A stretch of 64,000 nt of DNA from Catajapyx aquilonaris (lineage: Eukaryota): contig JYFJ02000730.1 of NCBI GenBank assembly GCA_000934665.2, forward strand, positions 1 through 64,000, written 5' to 3'. This document shows positions 32,279 to 45,632 of the stretch, piece after piece. A program made the translations under genes and the position numbers. Each line of letters begins with the position of its first letter. Position 1 is the first letter of the stretch. Under the pieces are notes generated by a model. The model had not been told where the DNA came from. It made no database searches and saw only the letters and a program-made list of their open reading frames with translations.

Positions 32279-35200
32279 TCAAGAGATGAGAGTAGTGGCC
32301 ACTAGCAGGTGGAGGGCAACCAGATACGCATACACCAGGTACCGGATCCTCCACCAACGCCCAGGTCGTCCGCAGTACCATCTGGAATAATTCATGTCTC
32401 AATGTCATCAAATGAACACGACCTTTCCCATAAAACGAGTACTCAGCTAAAAAGAGACGAAACAGGCCTGAATATATGACACATTCACGCATATGCCCGA
32501 TTGCACCGACCGAAATTACCGAACCGATAGCTCCAAATGGATCGTTAGGAGCCATTTTAACATGTGCTAACGATCTGCTAGGAGCCATCGAATCGGTAAT
32601 TTCGTTCGTGCAATCGGGCAATAATATTAAAAATATCAGTCCACGTGAGGATTTGCTGAATTTTCTCGACTTTCACATATGACCACTTAATTTACTGCTA
32701 TAGTTTTGATACGAATTATTTCAAAACTGCAAATAGAAGCTCAAATGTTCAGCTCGTTCAATCAACTGCAGGAGAAAGGCAAAGAAACGTGAACAAACAT
32801 CACGGCGGCAAATGGCTCAGCAAATATTTTAAATACCTGAATAATTAACCTATGGCAACAATCACTGAATTATTCAGTGATTGTTGTCGTATGTTATTTA
32901 TTAACATATGGCAACAATACCTGAATAATTCAGTGATTGTTGTCGTATGTTAATTATTAACATATGGCAACAATACCTGAATAATTAACATGGCAACAAT
33001 CCTTGAATAATTAACATATGGCAGCAATATTTGAATAATTAGACACACGTTCATTATTCAATATTATTAAAAATATTGTTAAAGATAATGATGAGGGAAG
33101 AATTTGCTTTTAAACAAGCATTTCTTTCGCTTTTCGTTATCGTTTAAATATTTTAAAAAGTAGGGAAAGATTCGCAAAAGCTCGAATACGTATAAATTAG
33201 ATCTTGATTAAAAGCTTGCTTTAGCCTTTGAAGAAAAAAAAAGAGTGCTTTAAAAATCACAAAACGGATAAGAAGCGTCACATACCTGAGATTGCACGGC
33301 ACAATTTATTTATTTTCTTTTGGCTCCACAGGGAGGTGGGATTCAGTTTAAACGTGCATAATCCTTGGGGTGCTAGAAAAAAATGGAGAAAAAAAATGAA
33401 ATAATAACGAAGTTTTTAAAAATGTGGCCAACATTATGAACTCTCTGCATCATGCTAAATACAATTATTTGAAAACTGAAACCCACCTTGGAAACATGCA
33501 GTACACACACACAAAAAAAAGGAATGAACAACATTTAGTGCAAAATTCAATAAAGAGGCGGAGGGGGGGGGAAAAAAATGCTCACCTTTTACCCCAGAGC
33601 CAGTTGTAAAGAACGGTCCCGGTGCTTTGCGCATTTCGAGCTGAAAATAAACGGAAATTGCTCAAGTACATTACAAACATTGCACGCATAATTTATAGAC
33701 TAAACTTGCAACGGTTTCTTTTCGGATAATCGTTACTCTTGATTGTCCAACTCTCGTTATAATCGAGGTTCTAAGCTTTCACAATGTTGGTGAAACCCGG
33801 GACTCACAGAGGGTGTAGTCCGCATGCATGAGAGCTTCCGGATCGACATCTCTAGGCGCCATCATCCTAGTCCGGCTGGAAGTCCTGAGGGGCGGAGAGT
33901 GGGACTGCGGGGAATAGGAGAGGCGACGAGACTTCAGCTCTCTCTGGACCCTCTGCCGCTCTTCCTGCTCCGCCCGAAGCTGCACGTCCAGGTGGTAGTT
34001 AAGCTGCTGCAATTCCTCCAGTCTGCATGAAAACCGGAAGATTAAGCAAACGACAAGTACACTATGCGAGGTTAACTCACTTCTCCTCAAGCGAAGCCAG
34101 CTCTGAGGGTGACTCCCGGCCTTCAGTCTGCTGCGGCGGCACTCTCTGCCGCAGCTCCATGCTCCGTTTGATTGCGCTGGACAGCTTAATTTGCAGTGTG
34201 TCCCGCTCCTCCAGCAGCCGAGTAACCTCCAGGACTAGCTCCTCACACTTCAGATCCCGCTGGTGTAGAGTCGCCATCACTTGTTCCAGCTCCGAGCGAA
34301 GACCATCGGGATTGGACATCCGGGACGATCGCACATGCTGTTCTTCCAAAGCCATATTCTCCCGTTCCAGCACATGGCTGCGTTTCTCCAACGTGGAATT
34401 CTCCAGCTCCAGTTCTCGGCTTCGACCTTCCACTACATCCAGGTTCTGCTGCAGGAGAAGGCAGTGCTTGTCCGACTCCGACATTTTCTCCAGAACCTCT
34501 TCCAACAGTGCACTCTTCTCATCCAACTTGGATCGCAATTCGGACGCCTCGCTGGATAAGTCAATCTGTGATGTCAGGTTCGACTCAAGACGAGCCATTC
34601 GGGCACGGAGACTCTCATTCTCACGCTCCAAAGCCTGAAGCCTCGCATTAGGCTTCTCCATCTGGACTTGAAGGTCCTCGCTTTCAATCCGCAGTTGCTC
34701 ATTCTCATCTCGGAGTCTCTCAAGTTCTTCTCGTAACGACGTTCCAGCTCCTTGTGATGATTCAACCAGCGCTTGCAATCTCGTAACGTCAGCTTCAAGA
34801 CCCTGAAGCGACTCCAAGCGTGACTGAAGCACTTCGTTATCCGCAGATTGCGCCTCTTTGTTCCGAATCTGCGCTCGTAAGTCCTCATTTTCAAGCTTAA
34901 GCGCTTCAAGTTGGCTGCTCATATCGCCCATGCTATTTAATTTCTCCAGTGCCGCCTGGAGTGCAGCCACTTCCTGCTGATATGCCTGGAGCTCACTTCT
35001 AGTCGACTGCTCCAGAATTCTCAACTGCTCTAGTTCCCCGTCAGCCCCATGCGGCCTAGACAATCTCTCAACTTCCGTCTGAAGAACCTGATTCTCACTG
35101 CGAAGAAATTCGCTTTCACTAGTCGAGACCTCGTACTTCTCCTCCATTTCCGTGCAGGTCTCGTATAGCGAGTCGTACTCTGCCTTCAGACTCTGATAAG

Positions 35201-38200
35201 CGTTTTCCGCTTCCTGGATTCTCGATTCCGCATCCTGGACTGAACCCGAGTGCGACTTTAGAGAGTCTGCTTCGGCCTGGAGGGTGTACAGATGACTTCG
35301 GGTCTCATCTAGCGTGGCCTCCAAGTCTGACTTTTGCACCTTTAGGTTCTCCAGTAGCGACTTAAGCTTTTCAACTTTCTTGAGCAGCATTCCTTTCTCT
35401 TCCTCCAGGGCGGACGTACGCTCTGTAAGAGACGCACGTTCAGAAGACAGCATGTGAAGTTGCTCCTGCACCTGCTGCGATGCTTGTTCCGCAATGCAGG
35501 CTCGCATGTTCGCTTCCTCCAGCACATTTCCCGTGCCCTGAACCTGAACTTCGATGCGATCCCGCAATCTTTGGCACTCACGTTCGGCTTCACCGCACTT
35601 TGCAGTCACTTGTTGGTACTCCAAATCCAGTTGTTGTAGCAACTGCTGAAGTGACTGGCGTTTGCTGGTGACTTCCTCGATTTGTTTCGTCAACCGATTA
35701 CATTCCTCGACTTTGGCGTAACACTCACGGTTTGCTTCCTCCAGGCGATCCAGCCATTCCTGTTGTTCCTGTTGAAGGCGCCGACACTCTTTCTCGGCTA
35801 TGGATGCCCGGACCCGTACTTCTTCCAGGGCATTTCGTGTTTCAGCCTCACTCTCCCGTTGTTCACTCCGTTCACTGGATAACAGAGCCAGTTTCTCCCT
35901 CGCCTCCTTCAGATTTAAGTCTTGCGATTCTTTCGCTTCCAGGAATAATTCTTCAGCGTGATGCATCGTGTCTAGTTGTTCAAGAAGACCAACACGTTCG
36001 CTGGATAGCTGCGTTACCTGGCTTCTCAACTCTTGACACTCTTCATCAGCTCTGGAAGCCAGCTGCTTTGCCTCCTCCAGAGCATCCATGTCCTCCAGAC
36101 GATTGCTGGACAACATGGACAACTGCTCCTTAAGCTGTTCGTTCGCCTTCGCTGCTTCTTCTAGTGTCGACTGGTGCCCTTGGTTCCTTGTAGTCAACTC
36201 ATCCACAGATATCTGGAGTGTCTGCCGCTCTTGTTCGACATTGGATAGTCGGGTCGTCACTTCGTTCACACATTCCTGAAGCGACTGGCGTTCTCGTTCA
36301 ACGCTAGATAAAGATGCGGACATTTCGTCTATAGTCTGCTGCAGCAACTTGCATTCATGCTCGGTGTTGGAACTATGCATGTTTGATTCCTCCAGAGCAT
36401 TCTTAGCTAACGATTCCGCAGCTTCCAGAGAGGCGATCCGCTCAAAAAGTAGCTGCCTTTCCTGAGAAAACTGTGCCATCTCTTCCCGAAGCCTTTGGCA
36501 ATCTTGTTCCGCACTGGAGGCATGCTCTGCGGAAGCCTCCAGTGCAACCAGGCGTTCGGTGAAGGCTTGACGTTCGATAGACAACTGCGACACCTGATGT
36601 TTCAACTCCTCGTTAGCCTCTTCGAATCCATTCCTTTCCATCTCGAGCGATTCCAAACGCTGCTGGAGCAACTGTCTTTCTTCTTCTGGGCCGCCCAGAC
36701 TCTGCACCTGAGCCATTAAGGCGTCCTTTTGGTCCTTGAACTGCTTCAGCTTCTGCAGCATCTTCCCACCTTTGACTTTGGACACATGCAGCTCTTTTTC
36801 CAACTCAGCCTTTTCGCTCTCAAGTCGTTGCTTCTCGGCTTCCCATGCCAACTTGTCATTCTCCATTTCCGTAGCTGCTTCAGCCGGTGCGCCTTCGACA
36901 TCCACTTCCCATCCCCATCCTTCAGTGCCCCACTCCGAAGCTTCATTGGTGTGAGACGCAGACGCACCCACGTGTCTGGCAACCTCCACACTGCTGCTGG
37001 ACAACTCGTCGACTCTACTGGACAACTCCAGTTTGCTAGTGGACAACTCCTGAATTTGATCGGACAGCTCCTGTTTGACGGCGGACAGCTCCTCGACTTG
37101 GCTGAACAGTAGATCAGCCTTTGTCTTCATCTCCCGATATTCCGTTGCCATCTGCTTCAGTTCCTCCTCCTTCAGCTTCAGCTCTTCAAACAGATCTGAA
37201 CGCTCACTCTCAAACTCATCTCGTGCCGACTTCAGCTCCTCTTGCTTCTGCCGCAGCTGCTCGGATAAATCCACGTTTGCGGCTTCAAACATGGAACGAG
37301 TGGCTTGCAGTTCTTCGTCTTTCAAGCTCAGCTCCTTGGACACACTGTCGTTACTCTCCATCTGGGACGTCATCACCTGGTTCAATTCGTTGGACATCCT
37401 CGCCCTTTCATGCTCCAACTCTTCTGACCTCCGCTGCACCTCCGTCTCTGTATAACTGAGCTCCTGCAGCACTTGATCCAGTTTATCGTCCTTCACCTTC
37501 AGCTCGGCAGAGAGTCTGGCAACTTCCGCTTCAAGCTGTTGGCCGGAATGAACTTCCTGGCTTCTCAGCGTCGCCAACGCCGTTAAGGCTTCAAACCGAG
37601 ACCGCAAATCCTGAAGTTCACGCTCTTCCTCTTCCAGTTTCGATGCAAGCGTTTCATTTTGCAATTTGCTGACGTCCGATTCGCTAGTCACGGCTTTAAT
37701 CTCCTCTCTCAAAGCCTCCTCTTCGATATGCTGCATTTCCAAAGCCAGTTCATTCTCACTATTCTTCGTACACAACATTAAAATTTGCGACTCTTTCTCC
37801 TTCAAATCAGCGGCCATGCTTTCACGCTCCGCTCGCAAAGTTTGCAACTCGTCCACCATACGCTGCAAATGTTCCGACTCGCTTCCCTGCTGGGTGCGTA
37901 ACAATTTCAATTCGTCCTCCTTCTCCTCAAACTTTCGAACTAGTTTTTCAAAGTTTGTGGTAACTGCATATGCTACCGCAGTTTTCTCATCTTTTTCAGC
38001 AACGGCTTGCAAGCGTGCTTCATTTGCATGCTCCAAATCGCCTGCCAGACTTTCTGAGGTAATACGCATTTGTTCGTACTGTTGCCGCAGCAAAGTGACC
38101 TCCTGTTCCTTAGCTGCGATGATGGTGTTCGCTTCTTCCATTTCCGCCGCCTTCTGCTCTAAAGATGCCTGCAGGGAGATGCGTTCAGAACGTATTGATT

Positions 38201-41200
38201 CAACTTCCGCGTCCTTCTCCTGGGCAGAGGCAACCACACTTTCGCAATGACTCTTGAGCGAAGCCATTCGCTCGTCTCGAAGTTGCAGTTCCCCAGACAA
38301 AGTCTCGTATCGTCCCCTGAAGTCAGTTAGTTCGTTGAATATGCCTTCGAATTTCCCACGTGTCGAATTGAGCTCGTTGGACATGCCTTCCAAATGATTC
38401 CGAAGAGCATGAATCTCGTCATTCCGGAGCTTCAGTTCGCCTGATAGCGATGCGACTGCGCCTGCCAATTCATCCTCCTTTTTCTTCAGATCTTCAGACA
38501 GAGAAGCATTGGCTTGTCCTGCTTTGTCCAGCGAATCGTTCAGTCGTGCGACTTCTCCAGACAAAGAAACGTTCTCCTCCGACAAGTGCGTGTACTTCTC
38601 CAGCAATGTCATTTTGTCTGAATCCAAGAAAGCCACCTGTTCTCCAGCAGTCCTAAGGTCCGACTCCAGCTGCTCCACCTGAAGCTGAAGACGTCCCGAT
38701 TCATCCAGAAGTGACCTCTCCGCTTCGTGCCTCCTGCGCATTTCCTCCTCCAGCATTCCAGTACGTTCTAGACTCTGCGAAAGCTGATCCTGCAGTGAGT
38801 CTAGCTCATTCCGAAGGCTTCTCTTAGCCTTCTCGGCTTCAGACAACGTATGCCTTGATGACTCTAGTTCTGCGGTTAATTCGGATATGTTCTGCTTTGC
38901 GCAATTCAGAGAATCCTGCGTAGACCTGCAATTAGAATAAGTCGTTAACAACTAATTCTGTAATCGAACGACTCCGATAGACTCACCTGAGCTTCGACCG
39001 TAGTTGATTCTCTCCTGATTTGACCATTTGCAGCTCCTCCTTGAACATTGCTTCCGAGTCGGACATGTTCATTTTGTCTCTCCTGGCTTCCTCCAGCTGC
39101 GACATGAGGACTGACATGTTGTTTTCCAGTTCAGCCGCAGCCGCATCGGACTTAGACAGGCTCTCCTCTAAGCTCATGTTCTTTTCTCTGGCGTGCTCCA
39201 GATCAGCCTCCAGAGCATCTATCACAGCCTCGCCTTCCTGTACCTTCACCTCCAGAGCCTGCCGTTGGCCTGACACTTTCTCCAGAAGCTGCTTTGTGTC
39301 GTCCAGAATGTTGCTGGATTCCATTAACTTGGAATATTCTTCGTCCAGAACCGACTTGGAGGTTTCCAATTCAGCAATTTTGCTTTCTCGTAACGACACG
39401 GATTCGGCCAGCTCCCTGTTTCGGATTTCCAGGTGATCCCTGGATTCCAGCAACTCTCTGTACTTATCCTCTAACGATGCCATGGATTCTGTCAACTCCT
39501 TATTCCGGTTCTCCATCGCCAGCTGTTGTTCCTCTCTCACGTCCATCAGTCGTCCACGTTCCTCCAGCACATTCATGGATTCGGCCAACTCTCTATTCTT
39601 GCTCTCCATGATCTGCATTGCCTGCTCCAAGGCTTCTCTGGAATCCAGCGCTTCCCTCCGTTGGTCCTCCAGTGACGACAATGACTCGGCCAACTCCCGG
39701 TTTCTGTTCTCCAGGATTTGTATCGCCTTCTGATGTTCCTGGAACTCCCGCTCTTGTATGTCCGCTTGTTGCTTGTACTCCTCGAGTGATCTGGACAGTT
39801 CGTGCGTAACCTGATCTTGACCATCTCTCGCTGACTTCAACTCCTCCTGGAGAGAAGCCACTTCCTTCTCCAGTTCCCCCACCCTTTCCTGCTTCTTCTT
39901 CAAATTTCCAGCCATCTTCTTGGAAGGCTTCCCCTGAGACGGCTGAGACTTTGCCTTTTCCAGCTCCTCCTCCAGTGCGCTGATCCTGGAAGCCGTTTCA
40001 GCGCTGGCCTCCTCCAGCCTAGCTCTCTGGTCCTCCAGGTCCAGTATGCAGTCGTCTCTGTCGCCCAGCATCTGCTTGAGTCTCGCCACTTCTTCCTCGC
40101 TCTCCTTCTCGACGCCCTTTCCTCTCAATTCCTCCTTCATCGCATCCATTTGCCGATCCATGTCGTCCTTCAGCTCCTCCAACTCGACCAGTTTTAGCTC
40201 CAGACCAATCTTGGCCTGCCTGCTCTCCTCCAGGGATTTCTGCAGGACGTCAACCTGATCGTGGGCGTCCTCCAGTTTTCGCTTCTTATCCGCCATTCCT
40301 GAAAAACACATGTGCTGTAATGTGTGTAGCGAATCGACATATTCAGAGCCACTTTTTCAAAGGCATGGATTCGCATTGATGAGCGATGGGGCGGAAGTAA
40401 CAATGGATCGCCCCCAAACAATTCATTTCATAGCAGAGCGAATCGCTCACATGTAAACGCGGCCCGGGAGGATGACGACAATTCCGACGAGTTAAAACCG
40501 TACTTTATTTTTACTGTCCACCGCTCGTACCTTCAAGTAGATCCAACTTCTGCTTCTCCAGCAAGGATATCATTCTGACGTGGTTGTCCAGGTCGTCCGC
40601 ATTCTGCTTGCTCTTCTCCTCTAATTCCTTAACCTGTTCTTTCCACCTCGCTTCAGACGCTAAAACATTGAAAACGTTGGATAAATCTCTCGGAATGAAC
40701 GCCATCGGCATTTAATTCGATTCACAGTTAGGAAGCCATTTTGAAGACCTGTCTACAGGTTCCAAATTTTTCTTTTTTACGGGATCATTTGGAAAAGTAA
40801 ATCCAACAAAGCACCAGGAAAAAAGGAAACAACCTGGGTGCAGGTGCCGACAAGTTCCGAGGCAACCTGCACTCGGGTTTAAAGAGAGCAACAAAAGCAT
40901 AAAAAGTCCGCAACAAAGCCCATATTTTTTTGCCATGCACTACAAGAATCCAACGGGAACAGCCTCAAATTCCCCAGCAGGTTATTACCGGATTTGAAAA
41001 GTGTTTTTTTTTGCTTCCTACCTTTCATTTCATCAAAGTCTACCAGATGTAACTGCAGATTACCTTTCTCCTCTTCCAGTTCGGCTATACGGTTATGCAA
41101 TTCCATTATTTGTTCCTCAGAGCCCAAGTTCTGCGGACAAATTTTTTTTTGAAAATGTGTCTGCGGGTTTCAACTACGTCTCGCTTCACCTTATGCAGGT

Positions 41201-42682
41201 CTGAGAGTTGCTTCTGAAGGTTCTTGATTTTGTTCTGGCTCTGAGCCTTCACCTTAATCATCTGCTTGTTGAGTTCGTCCAGCTGGTGCGTCAGCTCCTT
41301 GACTTTTCCAGATTCCTGACCCGAATCCCCTTTGCTAATTCGTCCCATCTCCTCCTGAAGCCTAACGACCTTTTCCTGCAGTTCCGCATTCCTGGTGCTG
41401 AGCTCAAACCGAGTCTGTTCTAGTTTCCGTCCGTTCTCCTCCAGCTGGGCCAGCCGCCTGCTCTTTTCCTGGAGCTCCGTGTTAATCCGTGATTTCTCCT
41501 CCTTCCAGGAAGCCTCCATCGTCACAAAGTTCTGCTGCATGGCCCTCATCTCCTCTCGGGTTGCATCCAGTGTGTCCAGTGTGGTTTTGCCCCGCATCGA
41601 CATATCCTGCGACATCAAAGTTATAGCCTGGGTACGAGCATCTATCACCGAGTCTTTCTCCTTCAGGTTTTCCTGTAATTGAAATATATATAGCTTCCGA
41701 ACGTCTCATAGAAATTGGCAAGTATCAGACCTGCAGGTCCATTATGGTGCTCTCAAGTTGCAATATGTTGTTGTTAAGCTCCATGATGCGATTGTCCTTC
41801 TGAACCATCTGCGCATACATCTCCTGGAACTGGGGGCTGTCCAGATCAGGTTGCGATGCGGCAGTGGGAGTGGCCGAAGTGGGTTTGGGTCGTGTGGCAT
41901 TGTCTCGCATCTCGGATATGACTCGATCCCTCTCGTCGATTTGAATCCGCAACTGCTCCACCTTCGACTGGATGTCACGCTGACTCTCACCCATTTCGCG
42001 TTCCCTCTGCTCTATCTTAATCCTTTAAAAAGTGCAAAAAAAACCAATTTATTTAGTACCCTGCAGAGTACGGACCCATATTTACTTTCTATAAAAAAAT
42101 TAATGCTTGTCAACCGTGCGATTCACTACACCGTTACATAATTACCTGTTCTCTTCCAGCTGTTTCTTGAGGAGAATCATCTTCCCTTTGCTGCCTTTGA
42201 CCTCTTTGTCCGTGGCTCCAGGGCCTGGAGTCTCCTCAACTGGCATGTCCTCCTTCTTCTCCAGCTCAGACACTTTGCTCGACAGTTGGCTCACTTTTGC
42301 CTTGTGCTTCAGTTTTATTTTGGACAACCTCGTTGCATATTCCTTCAGAGAGAAAGAAAAAAGGTGGAACGAGAGAACTGGTCAAATAATATCACATGTT
42401 TGTGCAGGAAAATATTATAGATATCTTTGAATATTCGACGTCAGGACATCCGAGAGCACATGCGAAGTAAATCACCTGCACTTCCTTCTCCTTCCCTTCC
42501 AGTTTGCTCTCGTTTTCTCGTATCATTTCCTTCAGGCTGGAAATGAGGTTCTGCTGCTCCGCAAACCTTTCCTTCAGCTCGTCCACCTCCTGCCCGCTGC
42601 TTCCTCCAGCCCTCGCCTCCTCCTTCCGCGGGTCCCCATCCTCCGTCTCCCCTTCCTCCTGTCCTCCACTGCCCCACCACAT
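32279..42682 (-). CDS. lva: Giant coiled-coil golgin, lava lamp / giantin (GOLGB1)-like, about 11-12 coding exons with two alternative last exons
   Basis: Start MWWGSGG (42682); lva-like segment ENLKEKDSVIDARTQAITLMSQD and IAELEEEKGNLQL; ~4.85-kb coiled-coil exon (~38926-34081); LHQRDLKCEELVLEVTRLLEERDTLQ; penultimate exon 33640-33586 (NWLWGK); last exon 33372-33348 or 32381-32279. Confidence 0.85.
32836..33040. repeat. Degenerate AT-rich tandem repeat
   Basis: Repeated TACCTGAATAATTAACATATGGCAACAA with inverted sub-blocks. Confidence 0.7.
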
Positions 42683-43231
42683 CTTCAAAATCTGCAATCA
42701 ATAATATTCATAATTACAATTTCGTAAAATGCACATTGCATCGAACCGAGTATTTTCAACTTATTAATTAGTGCTTGGCATCTCGTTATTATAATTTCCA
42801 AAAATATGGCCAGTGAGAGAGAATAGATTCATCACAGCCACGAGTTGATTATAATTGGAGAAATATCAGCAGTCACATGATCGATGACGATGAAACAAGG
42901 TTCCCATGCGATAGGACAAGTGATGTCATTTGGGGGCCTGCCTCATTACCTCATTACTGGTTTTTAAATTGTACAAACGAAGCAAAATAATTTAAAAAAT
43001 GGGGGAAGGATTCATCAAATGTCATCTTCGTCGTAACCGGTAGTAACCATGTAGTTACTAATAATTAACTATGGTTACGACGAAAAATTTGATTTACTCC
43101 TTCCCCTTGTATCGGAAAAATTGCGTTACCCTACATCTGCACAAGCATATTCCTTGATTAGTTAATGATGAACCTTAATTACTGATATTTGAAGGGCATA
43201 AACTTTTATTTTGCTAATTTATTTTTGGCAA

Positions 43232-43490
43232 ATTGGTACAGAATTTGCGCAAGCACTAGTTATTCCTTGATTATTACGACTACAACTACAACCTCGTACC
43301 AACCTCATATAACCTCGCACAACTACAACCTCATTACTGGTGATTAAATGGTACAGAATTAGCGCATAACTGCTCAAGCACTAGTTATTCCTTGATTATT
43401 ATATCTACAACTACAACCTCGTACCAGCCTCGTACCAACCTCGTATAACCTCGTACAACTACAACCTCATTACTGGCGATTAAATGGTAC
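43232..43490. repeat. Local tandem duplication with AACCTCGTAC subrepeats
   Basis: CAAGCACTAGTTATTCCTTGATTATT...ACAACCTCATTACTGG occurs twice (~43250 and ~43375). Confidence 0.7.
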
Positions 43491-44019
43491 AACTAATCAA
43501 AATTAATTTTTTTAAATGGTTGACAGCTGTTCCAAGTGCTATTAATTTTATTCCTTATTACTTAAAAATTCTGACAGCCAGGAAACTTACCAGAAATTGT
43601 TTTTGGAAAAAGATGGTATTACCTACTCATATGACAAGTGGACAACGAGAGGCGACCACACCCTTTTGCTTTTGTTAAAAGTGTGCACAACACACGCCAA
43701 GGCTTTCAAACCAAAATAATAGGCGTGAAATTTCCGCAATATTTTTTTTGGCGAATAAAACGTGTTCATCGGAACGCAACTGTCAAGGTTGAAAAAAAAA
43801 TCACTCTTCCAAGAAATGGAACGTTCGGAATTACAACAACAACAACAACAACAAAAGAGATTTACCTGCGCTTACGACAACGAACACATGTCCAAATATT
43901 TTTCTGATTTGTCCTGGTTGCTTCTGCGACCAGAATTTCAACGGGAAATTTTCGCTGAGACCAACTGGAATTGAGCAGATTTTTCACCACGTATGGAACG
44001 AATATTTTTTAGTGGGGGA

Positions 44020-44345
44020 TCAGAAGGCGGCCATCTTGCGGAAGGGGGTGCCAGATGGTGGGGTGGATACGGTATGGAACACTCTATGGAATTGTCGCAC
44101 CTTTGCGAGGGGGATCATTGCTGATGGGTCATGCTTGTAATTGTGGCTTGCTGTGCGACAATTGAACAATTTCAGTGCGCTCATTGCCGTGTTTAGACGT
44201 AGTGCATTGACGGTATTCCATCTGGCAACCATACCAGAAGCGGAAGTGGTTGTCTGTCTCCTCTTCATCTGGCAACTCCTCCTCTAGTCCACATCACTCT
44301 TCTGCATCTGTCAACACTGCTTTTTTCAAGATGGCGCCGCCCCGA
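44020..44345. promoter_or_regulatory. Probable bidirectional promoter between golgin and membrin
   Basis: Divergent YY1-like motifs CAAGATGGCCGCC (minus, ~44026-44038) and CAAGATGGCG (plus, ~44327), ETS-like CGGAAGT at ~44241. Confidence 0.55.
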
Positions 44346-44451
44346 CATGATTCTTAACATTGTTTTCTTCTTCTTCTTCTTCTTCGATTAATATTAATAT
44401 TAAAAAAAGAGAAAAAGATATACTGGATGCTGCTGTGAAAGAGCAGGAGGA

Positions 44452-44726
44452 ATGGAGGCTCTGTACCACCAGACCAACAGAGGTGTGGAGGAGATCCACG
44501 GCCTATTCGCACGACTGGAAGCCACAGCCGCAACGCAGGACGCGGCCAACGTCGAGCATGAAATACAACAGAGGCTGGAGCAGCTGGCCAGGTATACCCT
44601 CCAAAAAACAAACAAACAAACAAACAAACAAACATTAATCATAATAATAATCATTGTCAACAACAAAGGAAAGTTTGACCATTTCATACTCATTCCGTAC
44701 CCATTTGACTACATAAAGGTTTCAGC

Positions 44727-44767
<41 letters not shown>

Positions 44768-45587
44768 CATCATCATCATTTACTTCACGGCAAAATAATC
44801 CCATAGAGGGGTAGCCAGCGGAGTACAGGTTGCCCCTGTCCCCCTCGTATGACCTACAAAATGACACTCTGGTGGATGGTCAGGCCACGCAGAGGTTAAT
44901 GAAAGGGATGAATATGATATAAATGATATGAACACATATACACAAAACGTACAATCATACAATGTAAACAACTAGTAAGCAGCTGAACGCAGGCGACGGT
45001 GTATTGGCCATGATGGAGCAGGAACACCCAGAACTTGCGATAATAATAATAATAATAATAAATAATTCATCTACATACAGGGGAAAATTTTGCCCATTTC
45101 ATACCCATTTCAAATGCGTTGCTATGGAAACGGGCTGTGCTGTGAAGGATGGGTTCCGCTAATAATAATAATCATCATCGTCATCGTCATCAACAACAAG
45201 GAAAGGTTTTGTCCGCTAATAATCATCATCATCATCATCATCAACAAGGAAAGGTTTTGTCCATTTCATACCCATTTCAAACCCATTTTTGAACAAGCGA
45301 TTTCATACCCATTTCAGTGGATTACCATGGGAACATGGCCGTGCAGGTCCACTGATGATGATGATAGACAATGACGACGAGGCCAAGTTTGTTTGTCCAG
45401 TTCATACCCATTTTTTAAAGCAATTTCATACCCATTTATGTACATTACCATGGAAACGGGCCGTGTAGATCTGCTAATAATCATCATCATCATCATCATC
45501 ACCACCACATTTCCCTATGAGGGGTAGTCAGCGATGAAGGGAGATGCAAGCTAACCCAACATATGAACTATATTAAAACTAATAATA

Positions 45588-45632
<45 letters not shown>

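Noticed and set aside
32163..32621. 152-aa minus-strand ORF as an independent gene
   Set aside because: No recognisable features; a different frame of 32381-32279 gives the golgin TM exon with a matching splice phase.
21600..33100. One giant transposon carrying the orphan genes, IR and satellites
   Set aside because: No matching termini, TSD or transposase found; the orphan has ordinary exon-intron structure.
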